A stretch of DNA of 64,000 bases from Cyanobacteria bacterium QS_4_48_99 (GTDB lineage: Bacteria > Cyanobacteriota > Cyanobacteriia > Cyanobacteriales > Rubidibacteraceae), in the NCBI GenBank assembly GCA_003021505.1, contig PXPT01000182.1, positions 531 through 64,530 of the forward strand, in the 5' to 3' direction. A model generated the notes under the pieces. That model was not told the origin of the DNA and searched no databases. It saw only the letters and a list, made by a program, of their open reading frames with translations. Below, one piece after another: positions 41,722-50,327 of this stretch. Each line of letters begins with the position of its first letter. Position 1 is the stretch's first letter. Made by a program: the position numbers and the translations under genes.

Positions 41722-42231
41722 TCAGTGATTGACAAACACCAGCCAGATAAGAGTGCCAGTGCTAACCAGCAAAGCTAAGATAGCAAAGGTTCTTCTCAGA
41801 CGTGCCAGAATGGGCTGAATTTGATAGGAAACCACTAAACGATCGCGCCTCAACACTTCTGGAGGCTTTTGCCAGATTTGCCCATCATACCAGCCCGACT
41901 CTTCATAAGAGATCTTTTCTCTGGTGAGGCGATCGCGCACATAGGACCAACCTAAATAGAGTCTTAACACTAGCAATACTACAAAAACTCCTGCTCCAGC
42001 CGAGCCACACAGCGCAAACAGCACTGGTTCTTTGGCTGGTTCAAAACTCCGAGCAGCAATGGGTCCAGCAACTATCCACCCCCATACCCAAAACCAAACG
42101 AGCTTTCTGAGGTATTTCAGCCCTTCTATCGTTGCCCAGCGAAATAGCCAGGATTTTTTTAATTGCTCGTACTCATTGAGAGGTTGCTGTTCGGTGGGAA
42201 CTGGGCAAACTGAAGCAGGAGATTCCCTCAT
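41722..42231 (-). CDS. ycf36: Ycf36 / DUF1230 family membrane protein
   Basis: CPVPTEQQPLNEYEQLKKSWLFRWA signature plus two TM helices. The Met at 42231 avoids overlap with rsfS. Confidence 0.7.
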   Translation of the reverse strand: MRESPASVCPVPTEQQPLNEYEQLKKSWLFRWATIEGLKYLRKLVWFWVWGWIVAGPIAARSFEPAKEPVLFALCGSAGAGVFVVLLVLRLYLGWSYVRDRLTREKISYEESGWYDGQIWQKPPEVLRRDRLVVSYQIQPILARLRRTFAILALLVSTGTLIWLVFVNH

Positions 42232-42251
42232 TGCTTTTGTCTCTCGCTGGC

Positions 42252-42662
42252 TTAGGTACTCTGGAAGTCGATGCGTTCCGCGTGTCCCCAAAACGCTTCT
42301 ATATTATAAAACTCGCGCTCCTCAGGCAGCAAAATATGCGCGATCGCATCCCCATAATCCTGGAGAATCCAGTTTCTCTCTGCTTGCCCTTCCATGCGTA
42401 CGGGATGCTGTTGCGTCTGGGAAGCTACTTTTGCTTGAATCGCATCCGAGATCGCTCGCACCTGCGTTTTGGAGTTCCCTGTCGCTAGGATAAAGTAGTC
42501 TGCCAGATAGGAAACCTCTGTCACTTGCAGTAAGACGATATCTTCTGCTTGAAGTTCGGATGCTGCTTGCGCGATCGTCCACGCCAAACGCTGGCTTTCT
42601 CCCTGTGCTTCAGGATTAGTAGCAATTGTGCTAGATTGGTTGAGCTGATCTCGATCTCTCAT
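42252..42662 (-). CDS. rsfS: ribosome silencing factor RsfS (iojap)
   Basis: DIVLLQVTEVSYLADYFILATGNSKTQVRAI and WILQDYGDAIAHIL blocks. It lies downstream of yqeK, as in many bacteria. Confidence 0.85.
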   Translation of the reverse strand: MRDRDQLNQSSTIATNPEAQGESQRLAWTIAQAASELQAEDIVLLQVTEVSYLADYFILATGNSKTQVRAISDAIQAKVASQTQQHPVRMEGQAERNWILQDYGDAIAHILLPEEREFYNIEAFWGHAERIDFQST

Positions 42663-42804
42663 GAAATTATTCAATTCCTCTTGTTTAATTAGCAGTTTCG
42701 CTCCCCACAAGGGGCAATTGAGTCCAACTTGTTAATCGTGTCTTCATTTGTCACCTCGCTTCGCTCTGATTGAATTTAAAATTGGCATCCCTAATTTTGC
42801 ATTT

Positions 42805-43383
42805 TCAATTTTTAATTTTTCTTGCCTTACCCAGTGCCCAGTTCCTGGTTAAAACGGTACGGGGATGGATAGGACGACCTTTTTTGAGCAAAACTTGCAA
42901 AGAATAGTCGCAGGTTTGCCGAACGCCTCGATCAAGGTTTTCCCGACTCACTTGACGCATTGATTCTAGTTCGGGAGTGTCGCCCCGATTGGGTTCTAGT
43001 GCATCAGCCACAAATACAATGCAACTGAGCCCATCCATTTCAGGATGCCCTAGGGTATGGTTGCGAATCGCTTCCAGAATTTCGGGATCTTCCACGCCAA
43101 ATTCGTCTCTGGCAACAATGGCGCTGACATCGGCATGCAATAGATGAGGATGGGCTTCACAGACTGGGTCAATTTCTATTCCGTCTGCTTTTGCCATTTG
43201 CAGCAGCCGAGTGGGCTGAAAATATTTTGCCAAATCGTGCATTAGACCTGCTGATTGTGCTTTTTGCTCCTCAAGCTGATGGCATCGAGCTAGATCGCGC
43301 GACATCTTTTCGACGCCCAGAATGTGTTGCAGGCGATCAGCAGGAACATTATTACTCAACCAGGCTATGACCCGATCCCGCAT
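42805..43383 (-). CDS. yqeK: HD-domain bis(5'-nucleosyl)-tetraphosphatase YqeK
   Basis: HILGVEKMS...GLMHDLAKY HD motif, 192 aa, with yqeK-rsfS synteny. Confidence 0.82.
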   Translation of the reverse strand: MRDRVIAWLSNNVPADRLQHILGVEKMSRDLARCHQLEEQKAQSAGLMHDLAKYFQPTRLLQMAKADGIEIDPVCEAHPHLLHADVSAIVARDEFGVEDPEILEAIRNHTLGHPEMDGLSCIVFVADALEPNRGDTPELESMRQVSRENLDRGVRQTCDYSLQVLLKKGRPIHPRTVLTRNWALGKARKIKN

Positions 43384-43483
43384 CGCGGTAAAAAACGCTT
43401 CATAACAACAGGTAGGGTGGCAATCACCAATATTACACCTCTGCTTTCATCCTATCTTAATACTTGGCGACCGAAGCAATCAG

Positions 43484-43900
43484 GCGAGGAGTGAGGAGCG
43501 AGGGAGTGAGGAGGTTTCTGTGCAGAGGTGCGTGGGTGCGGAGAGTCCCTTTCTCGCACCCTTGAGATCTCGGTCTCGCTGCGACGCTTTCGGGACTGAT
43601 GCGGAGAGGGGATGACGCACGCCTAGCCGAGAGCGGAAAGTGAGGGGTGAGAGAGTGAGGAGGTAGATGGGCTGGTTTGATAGAAAAATTTATTTCTATT
43701 TCCAACACTCTCACGCACTCACGCTTTCACGCTCTCACGCTCTTACTTCTTTCCCGCAGCTCCCCGCGTCCGCGCGTTCCCGTGTCCCCGCGTCTTCTTC
43801 CTCTCCTGCTCCTGGAGCACCTCTGCTTTTTATCCCTTGCCCCTGGAGATCCTGGAGATTTTTCTCACCCACTCACGCTTTCACGCCTCACTTCCCCTTA
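43484..43900. repeat. large composite repeat region (at least two hairpin modules, including a conserved core at 43667-43716)
   Basis: GAGGAGT arrays, 'gcagaggtgcgtgggtgcggagag', 'ggactgatgcggagagggg', the core 'atgggctggtttgatagaaaaatttatttctatttccaacactctcacgc', a CTCACGC array, 'ccccgcgtccgcgcgttcccgtgtccccgcgtc' and 'ctcctggagcacctctgc'. Confidence 0.8.
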
Positions 43901-44003
43901 ACCTTCAACCCTCTTCCCGACTCATAAAAGTTGGTAATGATGAATCCTTGCGCTCGCTGTGAGTCACAATTAAAGAAATAAACCTAATGCTCAGGAGAGT
44001 GGC

Positions 44004-44510
44004 ATGATGTCTCGTTGGCGAAAATTACTCGCTTCTTTAGTTCTAGTTGGGTTGCTGCTAGTCTCTTCCTGTGCGCGTGAAGCTCCTTCTCGGTTCGAGG
44101 GGGCACAACAAGAAAGCACTCAGAGGGGAGCTGAGGCAGTTGCTAAGGAGGCTGTGGCAGGGAGTAGCTTGAATAAGTTCTTTCCTGCGGCGGGCAAAGG
44201 AGAGCAGCTAGTTTATACCCAAGAGAAAAAGGGGTTTGCCGAGGCGAAGTTGAAACAGCAAGATCAGGATTTGGCGAGGATGTCGATTGCTGATATTACC
44301 ATTAACCCAAGCGCTGCCCAGAAATATCGCAAAAGTACCGAGAAAGTAGCTGGTTATCCTGCTGTGGGGCAGGGAAAAACTGGAACTGGGGTGTTGGTGA
44401 GCGATCGCTTTCAAGTTAAGGTGCTCTCGCGTGATTCTTCCTTCAGCGATCTTGATCGCATTGCCTGGTTAGAGAAATTTGATTTAGATGGTCTTTCAAA
44501 ATTGCAGTAG
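44004..44510 (+). CDS. hypothetical lipoprotein
   Basis: Signal peptide with a lipobox-like LLLVSSC; 168 aa; no family recognised. Confidence 0.55.
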   Translation: MMSRWRKLLASLVLVGLLLVSSCAREAPSRFEGAQQESTQRGAEAVAKEAVAGSSLNKFFPAAGKGEQLVYTQEKKGFAEAKLKQQDQDLARMSIADITINPSAAQKYRKSTEKVAGYPAVGQGKTGTGVLVSDRFQVKVLSRDSSFSDLDRIAWLEKFDLDGLSKLQ

Positions 44511-44525
44511 TTTCAGGAGAAGATT

Positions 44526-45416
44526 GTGAGTAAACCAATTTTTAAATTAGTTGATGAGCTGCCCACGGATAATCTGACGGTTCGCGCGTTGCAATCGCTA
44601 GACTTTGTGGTGCCTGGGCAGTGGGAAAATATCGTGGGCTTTGAAAACACGATTCGCCAGGTGACAGGCGAAACTGACCAAGACATGATTCAGCAAATCG
44701 GTGATCGCGCTGTTTGGCTGTATAATGACAAGTCCCAAGGCTACCAACGGGCGATGTGGCTCTATCAAACTGTTGATCGCAGTGACCAAGCCTTAGCTAG
44801 TGCTGCCTTGGCAAATAAAGTGGGTGAGAAAATATCCTTACTGGGTTTTTTAAACCGCGTTACTCCCAAAGCCGACCAAGCACAAACCATAGATCTGTCT
44901 CTAAAATTAGTAGTGGAATTGGTAGGATATTGCCAGATTAACGGGCTTCCCGGCGACAGCATTAGCGATTTCACTAATTCCCTTTACGAGGAATACAGTG
45001 GTGTCTCCAAAATGCGGATGGCTGCCCTTGTCTGCTTCGATGGTTTGATTCCTCTTGGTCCCGATTTTATCCAGCGAGCGCAATCGCTGTTGGAGAGCAC
45101 TAATCCCAAAGATTTAGAGCACAACTCCACCTACAAACAGATTAGCAATCTGATTCCCGGCGATAGCACCTCGAGTCAACTCGACTTTATTGGCAGTAGC
45201 TTTGATTCTGTCAAAGGGTGGATGGGAGAGTTCGTTTCATCTCGCAATTTAACGCCAGACAAAGTTTCTAACAATCTCCAACAGTTCATCGAGTTTTCCG
45301 ATAGCAAGTTGGACTATCTTGCTGCCTTTATTGACCTCTCCACCAACTACTACGAACACACTGGCACTCAGACATTAGCACAATCACTGATTGAACGCGC
45401 CTTAGCAGAAATTTAG
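44526..45416 (+). CDS. conserved hypothetical protein
   Basis: 296-aa ORF with a GTG start 16 nt after the lipoprotein gene stop, so probably co-transcribed. No family recognised. Confidence 0.55.
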   Translation: MSKPIFKLVDELPTDNLTVRALQSLDFVVPGQWENIVGFENTIRQVTGETDQDMIQQIGDRAVWLYNDKSQGYQRAMWLYQTVDRSDQALASAALANKVGEKISLLGFLNRVTPKADQAQTIDLSLKLVVELVGYCQINGLPGDSISDFTNSLYEEYSGVSKMRMAALVCFDGLIPLGPDFIQRAQSLLESTNPKDLEHNSTYKQISNLIPGDSTSSQLDFIGSSFDSVKGWMGEFVSSRNLTPDKVSNNLQQFIEFSDSKLDYLAAFIDLSTNYYEHTGTQTLAQSLIERALAEI

Positions 45417-45423
45417 TCAAAAG

Positions 45424-45604
45424 AAGTGAGGGATGAAAGTTGCAAATTGCAGGTTGCAGGTTACAGGTTGCAGGTTAAAGGCAATGTGAGTGAGGAGCGA
45501 GGAGTAAAAGAGGTGAGGCGTGAGGCGTGAGGGAGTGAGGAGGTAAATGGGCTTGTTTGCTCGAAAAAATTCTTCCTAGTTCCAACTCTCTCACGCTCTC
45601 ACTT
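45424..45604. repeat. composite hairpin repeat with a conserved core (cleanest copy)
   Basis: GCAGGTT x4, GTGAGGNG arrays, the core 'atgggcttgtttgctcgaaaaaattcttcctagttccaactctctcacgc' (45547-45595), then a CTCTCAC array. Confidence 0.8.
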
Positions 45605-45607
45605 GTG

Positions 45608-45898
45608 TCAAAACAAGGGTGACACTAAACTATAAATGCTTGCGATTAACAATAGGGCTGCCGCAATCTGGGTGAAGCGGGGTTGGCGCGAGCGAGTGTG
45701 GGCTTCGCGCACCAAAGTTGAGCTAGAGGAGCCAATTATGTAGCTCAAACCTAAGATTAGGTATGGCTGTTGCTCGGTGCTAGCCCAACTCGCCAGTAAG
45801 CCAATGGCAAGCAGCAACATAAGTGCTTCCACTAGGCAGGGAGGATTTTGTCGGCTATGTAGAATGATGGTCTGCCGCCAGAATCGCCAAGGTCTCAT
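45608..45898 (-). CDS. small hypothetical membrane protein
   Basis: 96 aa with three hydrophobic segments. Coding status is uncertain. Confidence 0.35.
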   Translation of the reverse strand: MRPWRFWRQTIILHSRQNPPCLVEALMLLLAIGLLASWASTEQQPYLILGLSYIIGSSSSTLVREAHTRSRQPRFTQIAAALLLIASIYSLVSPLF

Positions 45899-46086
45899 TA
45901 ATCTAGCTGTAAGTCTGTGCTAGGTCGTTCGATTGGGGATGAAGCAGCGCGTCCCCTCAATCCGTAGAGTTGCCTGGACTCCTTGGTTTCATCATAACAG
46001 TTAGTAACTATCTCACGCACGCTAGTTTCTGCCCTTGCTTCCCCTGCTCGTCTGAATAGTAAGTTGTCGGTGCGTGAGGTAGCGTC

Positions 46087-47088
46087 TTAGCCCGAGTAGG
46101 CGATCATGCGATCGCGTCCAGCCGCTTTTGCCTGATACAATGCTTGGTCGGCTGCTTTAAAGAGTGGAGCAGGCGAGTCTTGTTCGGGAATCGGAAATAG
46201 GCAGGCAGTACCTACACTGAGAGTAACGTACTCGCTCGCTGTCGAGGTTTTATGGGGAATTTGCAAAGCTTTGACACTTTCTTGCATTTTTTGAGCCACC
46301 ACCAGTGCGCCACTACGGTCAGTATTTGGTAAAATTGCAGCGAATTCCTCGCCCCCGTAACGAGCAACTAAATCCCCTGGACGTTTTGCCTCGCGCTCAA
46401 TTGCAGCAGCAACCCGGTACAAACAAAAGTCTCCGGTGAGATGCCCATACGTGTCGTTGTAGAGCTTAAAATCATCGATATCGCAAAGAACCAGAGACAA
46501 TTGCCCCTTTTCCCTTGCCATCCTTCGCCACTCCCGTTCCAGAAATTCATCAAATCGACGCCGATTTGCTAGTTTAGTTAGATTGTCGAGGCTCGCAAGG
46601 CGGTTTAACTCTCGATATGCTGCCTCCAATTGTCTGTAGAGCTGGGATTGCTCAATCAGATGCTGCACCCGCTGCCTCAGCACTTCCCAGTGAATGGGCT
46701 TGGTGATGTAGTCCGTGGCTCCCGCAGCAAAAGCTCGCTCTACCGAGGCTGGGTCATCCAAAGCAGTCGTCATCAACACAGGAGCGCGCTTCAGGGAAGT
46801 CAAAATGCCGTTCGCTTCAGCTTGTAGTGTCTCTTGCCCCTGTTCGTGGATATCTTCCCCACTCGCCTGTCTAAAAAGCGTTTGTAGCTGTTTGCAGCAG
46901 GTAAACCCGTCCATTACCGGCATCATAGCATCTAACAGGACGACATCTGGTAGCTGGCGCTGGTATGCTTCTAGGCACGCTTGACCATTGCTTGCTTCGG
47001 CGACTTCATATCCTTCACTTTCCATCACTTCGCGCAGCAGCTCGCGGGTATCCCTGTCATCCTCGACCACTAGAATTCGATTCTTCAT
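46087..47088 (-). CDS. response regulator with a GGDEF diguanylate cyclase output domain
   Basis: REC domain (ILVVEDD...VLLDAMMPVMDG) plus GGDEF (RYGGEEFA). Confidence 0.9.
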   Translation of the reverse strand: MKNRILVVEDDRDTRELLREVMESEGYEVAEASNGQACLEAYQRQLPDVVLLDAMMPVMDGFTCCKQLQTLFRQASGEDIHEQGQETLQAEANGILTSLKRAPVLMTTALDDPASVERAFAAGATDYITKPIHWEVLRQRVQHLIEQSQLYRQLEAAYRELNRLASLDNLTKLANRRRFDEFLEREWRRMAREKGQLSLVLCDIDDFKLYNDTYGHLTGDFCLYRVAAAIEREAKRPGDLVARYGGEEFAAILPNTDRSGALVVAQKMQESVKALQIPHKTSTASEYVTLSVGTACLFPIPEQDSPAPLFKAADQALYQAKAAGRDRMIAYSG

Positions 47089-47214
47089 GACCTGTTTTGG
47101 TCTCGCTGGCTCTAGGAAAAAATTTGATGCCTAGTTTGTAGCTGCAACTCAGCCTAAAGACAACAGTGATTTCAACTAGTTCTGGCGATCGCTTCTAGCT
47201 CAAGGTGACTGGAA

Positions 47215-47398
47215 GAGGTGCGGAGGAGGCAAGTGAGGAGTGAGGGGGAAAGTGGGCTTGTTTGCTCGAAAAATTTCTTCCTATTTCCCACTCTCTCACG
47301 CCCTCACGCTCTCACTTCTTTCCCGCAGCTCCCCGCATCCGCGCGTCCCCGTGTCCCCGCGTCTTCTTCCTCCCCTGCTCCCCTGCTTTTTCCCCACT
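47215..47398. repeat. composite hairpin repeat with a conserved core
   Basis: 'gtgcggaggaggcaagtgaggagtgaggggg', the core 'gtgggcttgtttgctcgaaaaatttcttcctatttcccactctctcacgc' (47252-47301), then 'ttctttcccgcagctccccgcatccgcgcgtccccgtgtccccgcgtcttcttcctcccctgctcccctgc'. Confidence 0.8.
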
Positions 47399-47409
47399 CC
47401 TGGAAGGAA

Positions 47410-49668
47410 CTATTGTTCACCAGCCTGAGAGACGCGGCAGACATTGAGAATATCGCTCATATTTTTAATTTGGTTGAGGCTGTGTTCAAGTTGTTGGCGA
47501 TCGCGCACCTCAATGGATAAATTAATTAGGGCAGGTTTGCCAGTGCTGGTTTTCACGCCCGCATTGCGAACATTAATCTTTTGGTCACTCAAGCGGGCTA
47601 AGATATCTTTAAAGACGCCGACTCGGTCAATTACTTCGATTTGAAGGTCAACTGGGTAGGTGGGAGAACGTCCGTTACCGTTGCTGGCATTCCAGCTTAC
47701 CGGAACCAAACGCTCACCTGGGAGATTTTCCACATTCGGACATCCCTGCTTATGAATGGAAATCCCGCGAGTCCGCGTCACTATTCCGATAATGGCTTCC
47801 CCAGGAACTGGACTACAACAACCGGCCATGTAATGCATTAATCCTTCTACCCCGGCAATGGGAGATGTGCTAGTGTTGTCGGGGCGAAGATTGCGGGCAG
47901 GAGCGCTTTGGAAAGACTGGAGTTCGGAGCGATCCTGCGTCTTTGCTTCTAATCCCTCGCTTTGTTCCACCTGTTGCTCGGCAATGAGTGCTTCTCGCAG
48001 TTTATTCACAACTGAATTGAGGGTCATCTCCCCGTAACCGACAGCAGCCAGCACCTCATCTGCACTTTGATAGTTACAGCGCTCTGCCACAGTCTGCATA
48101 GGTTGGGATTTCAGCAGCGCTTCAAAGCCATTTTTCCCCAGCTCTTTTTCGAGCATACTGCGACCACGAGCAATATTTTCTTCCCGATGTGATCGCTTGT
48201 ACCACTGACGAATCCGGTTACGGGCGCTGGGTGTTGCCACGAAGTTCAGCCAATCTAAGCTGGGGCGAGCGTTTTTCTGGGTGATAATTTCCACGATGTC
48301 CCCATTCTCTAGGGGCTTATCCAAGGCACTCCAACGCTCATTTACCCTTGCCCCCTTCATGTGATTCCCCACTTCGGTGTGAATCCGATAAGCAAAATCA
48401 ACCGGCGTTGAGCCCCGCGCCAGTGCTACCACATCTCCCTGGGGCGTAAACACATAGACATCATCTTCAAATAAATTGTCTTTGAGACTGTCTACATACT
48501 CCTGAGCGTCCTTGAGGTCGTTTTGCCACTCCAGTAGTTGCCGCAGCCAGGTAAACTTCTCGTCCTCGGCGGTGGGCTGGATGTTACTCAATCCCCCACT
48601 TTCTTTGTAAAGCCAGTGAGCGGCGATTCCGTACTCGGCGATGTAGTGCATTTCCATCGTCCGAATTTGCACTTCTAGTGGACGTCCAGTGAACCCTACA
48701 ACTGTACTATGAAGGGATTGATAGCGGTTAGGTTTGGGCAAACCAATATAATCCTTAAACCGACCTGGAATGGGTTTAAACGCATCGTGAACCACCGCTA
48801 AGGCCCGGTAGCACTCCTCTTGAGTCGAGACAATAATTCGCAGGGCAGCAATATCGTAAATTTCATGGAATCCTTTCTGCTGCTGCTGCATCTTTTGGTA
48901 AATCCCATAAAGATGTTTGGGACGTCCCCGCAGTTCTAAAACCTTAACGCCAATATTCTCTAGGCGCTCCTGCATTACCTGGGTGACAGTTTCTAAGCGA
49001 CGTTCCCGGTCAGCTCGCCGTTCGGCTACCAGGGCTTGAATTTCCTTATATGCGTCTGGTTCGAGGTATTTGAATGATAAATCCTCTAATTCCCACTTAA
49101 AGCGCCCAATTCCTAAGCGATTTGCCAAGGGAGCAAAGATTTCTCGTGTTTCTAGAGCAATGCGCCGCTGTTTGTCCTCAGGCATGTGATCCAGAGTGCG
49201 CATGTTGTGCAGGCGATCTGCGAGCTTCACCACAATCACCCGAATATCCCTTGCCATAGCCAGGAACATGCGGCGGAAGTTCTCGGCTTGGCGTTCGGTT
49301 TTGCTAGAAAAATTAAATTTAGAAAGTTTGGTGACACCTTCGACGAGTTGCCGTACCTGCTCCCCGAATTGTTCCTCGATTTGCTCGGAAGTTACTTCGG
49401 TGTCCTCGACGATATCGTGCAGAAAGCCCGCTGCTATCATCGCACCATCGCCACCCAAGTCTCGCAATAACCCCGCAACCGCTACCGGATGAGCAATGTA
49501 AGGTTCTCCCGATTTGCGATACTGACCCTCATGAAGCTTGTAGGCAAACTCAAAGGCGTGGGCGATGAGGCTAGCATCTTCATCTTCGGGTTCAGCCTGC
49601 AAGCATTGGGCGAGCCATTCTGGAAGCTCCAAATCGGTTTGAGTTGAGGTTAATGTGAGTGTGTCCAT
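47410..49668 (-). CDS. spoT: bifunctional (p)ppGpp synthetase/hydrolase RelA/SpoT
   Basis: HD domain (HPVAVAGLL...HDIVEDT), RelA_SpoT synthetase domain, and TGS and ACT regions; 752 aa. Confidence 0.95.
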   Translation of the reverse strand: MDTLTLTSTQTDLELPEWLAQCLQAEPEDEDASLIAHAFEFAYKLHEGQYRKSGEPYIAHPVAVAGLLRDLGGDGAMIAAGFLHDIVEDTEVTSEQIEEQFGEQVRQLVEGVTKLSKFNFSSKTERQAENFRRMFLAMARDIRVIVVKLADRLHNMRTLDHMPEDKQRRIALETREIFAPLANRLGIGRFKWELEDLSFKYLEPDAYKEIQALVAERRADRERRLETVTQVMQERLENIGVKVLELRGRPKHLYGIYQKMQQQQKGFHEIYDIAALRIIVSTQEECYRALAVVHDAFKPIPGRFKDYIGLPKPNRYQSLHSTVVGFTGRPLEVQIRTMEMHYIAEYGIAAHWLYKESGGLSNIQPTAEDEKFTWLRQLLEWQNDLKDAQEYVDSLKDNLFEDDVYVFTPQGDVVALARGSTPVDFAYRIHTEVGNHMKGARVNERWSALDKPLENGDIVEIITQKNARPSLDWLNFVATPSARNRIRQWYKRSHREENIARGRSMLEKELGKNGFEALLKSQPMQTVAERCNYQSADEVLAAVGYGEMTLNSVVNKLREALIAEQQVEQSEGLEAKTQDRSELQSFQSAPARNLRPDNTSTSPIAGVEGLMHYMAGCCSPVPGEAIIGIVTRTRGISIHKQGCPNVENLPGERLVPVSWNASNGNGRSPTYPVDLQIEVIDRVGVFKDILARLSDQKINVRNAGVKTSTGKPALINLSIEVRDRQQLEHSLNQIKNMSDILNVCRVSQAGEQ

Positions 49669-49964
49669 AGATTTAACTTGAGCAGTTACCAGTCAAAGAT
49701 TGGTGATTTATCTCTCGTTTTTGGCTCACTCCATCGCAGCGGAAGCCAAAATGTGCTTCGATTAGCGCTACCCGCAGGAGCTAAAGGGGGAAAGATGGGA
49801 TTTTAGCTCTGATCGACCTTCCCCTTAGTAAGGGGAAAGCAGCAGGCGGAGGGTAACTGAAAACGGCTGTAGTAACGTACGGGGAAAAATGCACGCCTGC
49901 GGTGCTACAGTTTGGCTAATTAGCAACATTATTTAAGGAAATTTTAGCTCAAGTGAGGTGCAAA

Positions 49965-50327
49965 ATGTTACCTCCAATACATCTTCAGAGATATCAAAAA
50001 CTTTTGACATTGCTAGAGCAGTTGCAACAGTCGGCAACAGCTCCTAATTTTGAAGGAACCGATTTAAAAAAAGATTTTCAGAAGGTGCAACAATTCTTCC
50101 AGAATCAAGTCATGACGTTGACCAGCGAGGAGTTAGATCCAGAGGTAGCAGCGCGGTGGCAGTCTTTGCAAACGGAAATTCACCGCTCGTTGCGCCTGTT
50201 GCAGACGGATGTAATGTTTTTGCAGGCATCGCGGCAAGCAACAACCTCACAGCAGCGGCAAGCGAGGTTATGCGATCGCGTCGAACAGTTAATTGGTTAC
50301 GTCAAAGCGTTACTGGAGCAAACATGA
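49965..50327 (+). CDS. small helical protein, possibly the PatD (heterocyst frequency control) family
   Basis: About 120 aa from the ATG at 49965 (MLPPIHLQRYQKLL...WQSLQTEIHRSLRLLQTDVMFLQASRQ). The family assignment is from memory and unverified. Confidence 0.45.
   Translation: MLPPIHLQRYQKLLTLLEQLQQSATAPNFEGTDLKKDFQKVQQFFQNQVMTLTSEELDPEVAARWQSLQTEIHRSLRLLQTDVMFLQASRQATTSQQRQARLCDRVEQLIGYVKALLEQT

Noticed and set aside
43457-43927. ORFs of 74-86 aa (43457-43714 minus; 43667-43927 and 43677-43901 plus) in the yqeK-lipoprotein spacer
   Set aside because: They are translations of the tandem heptamer/octamer repeat region (low-complexity Ser/Pro/Leu/His strings). They overlap one another in several frames and have no start context.
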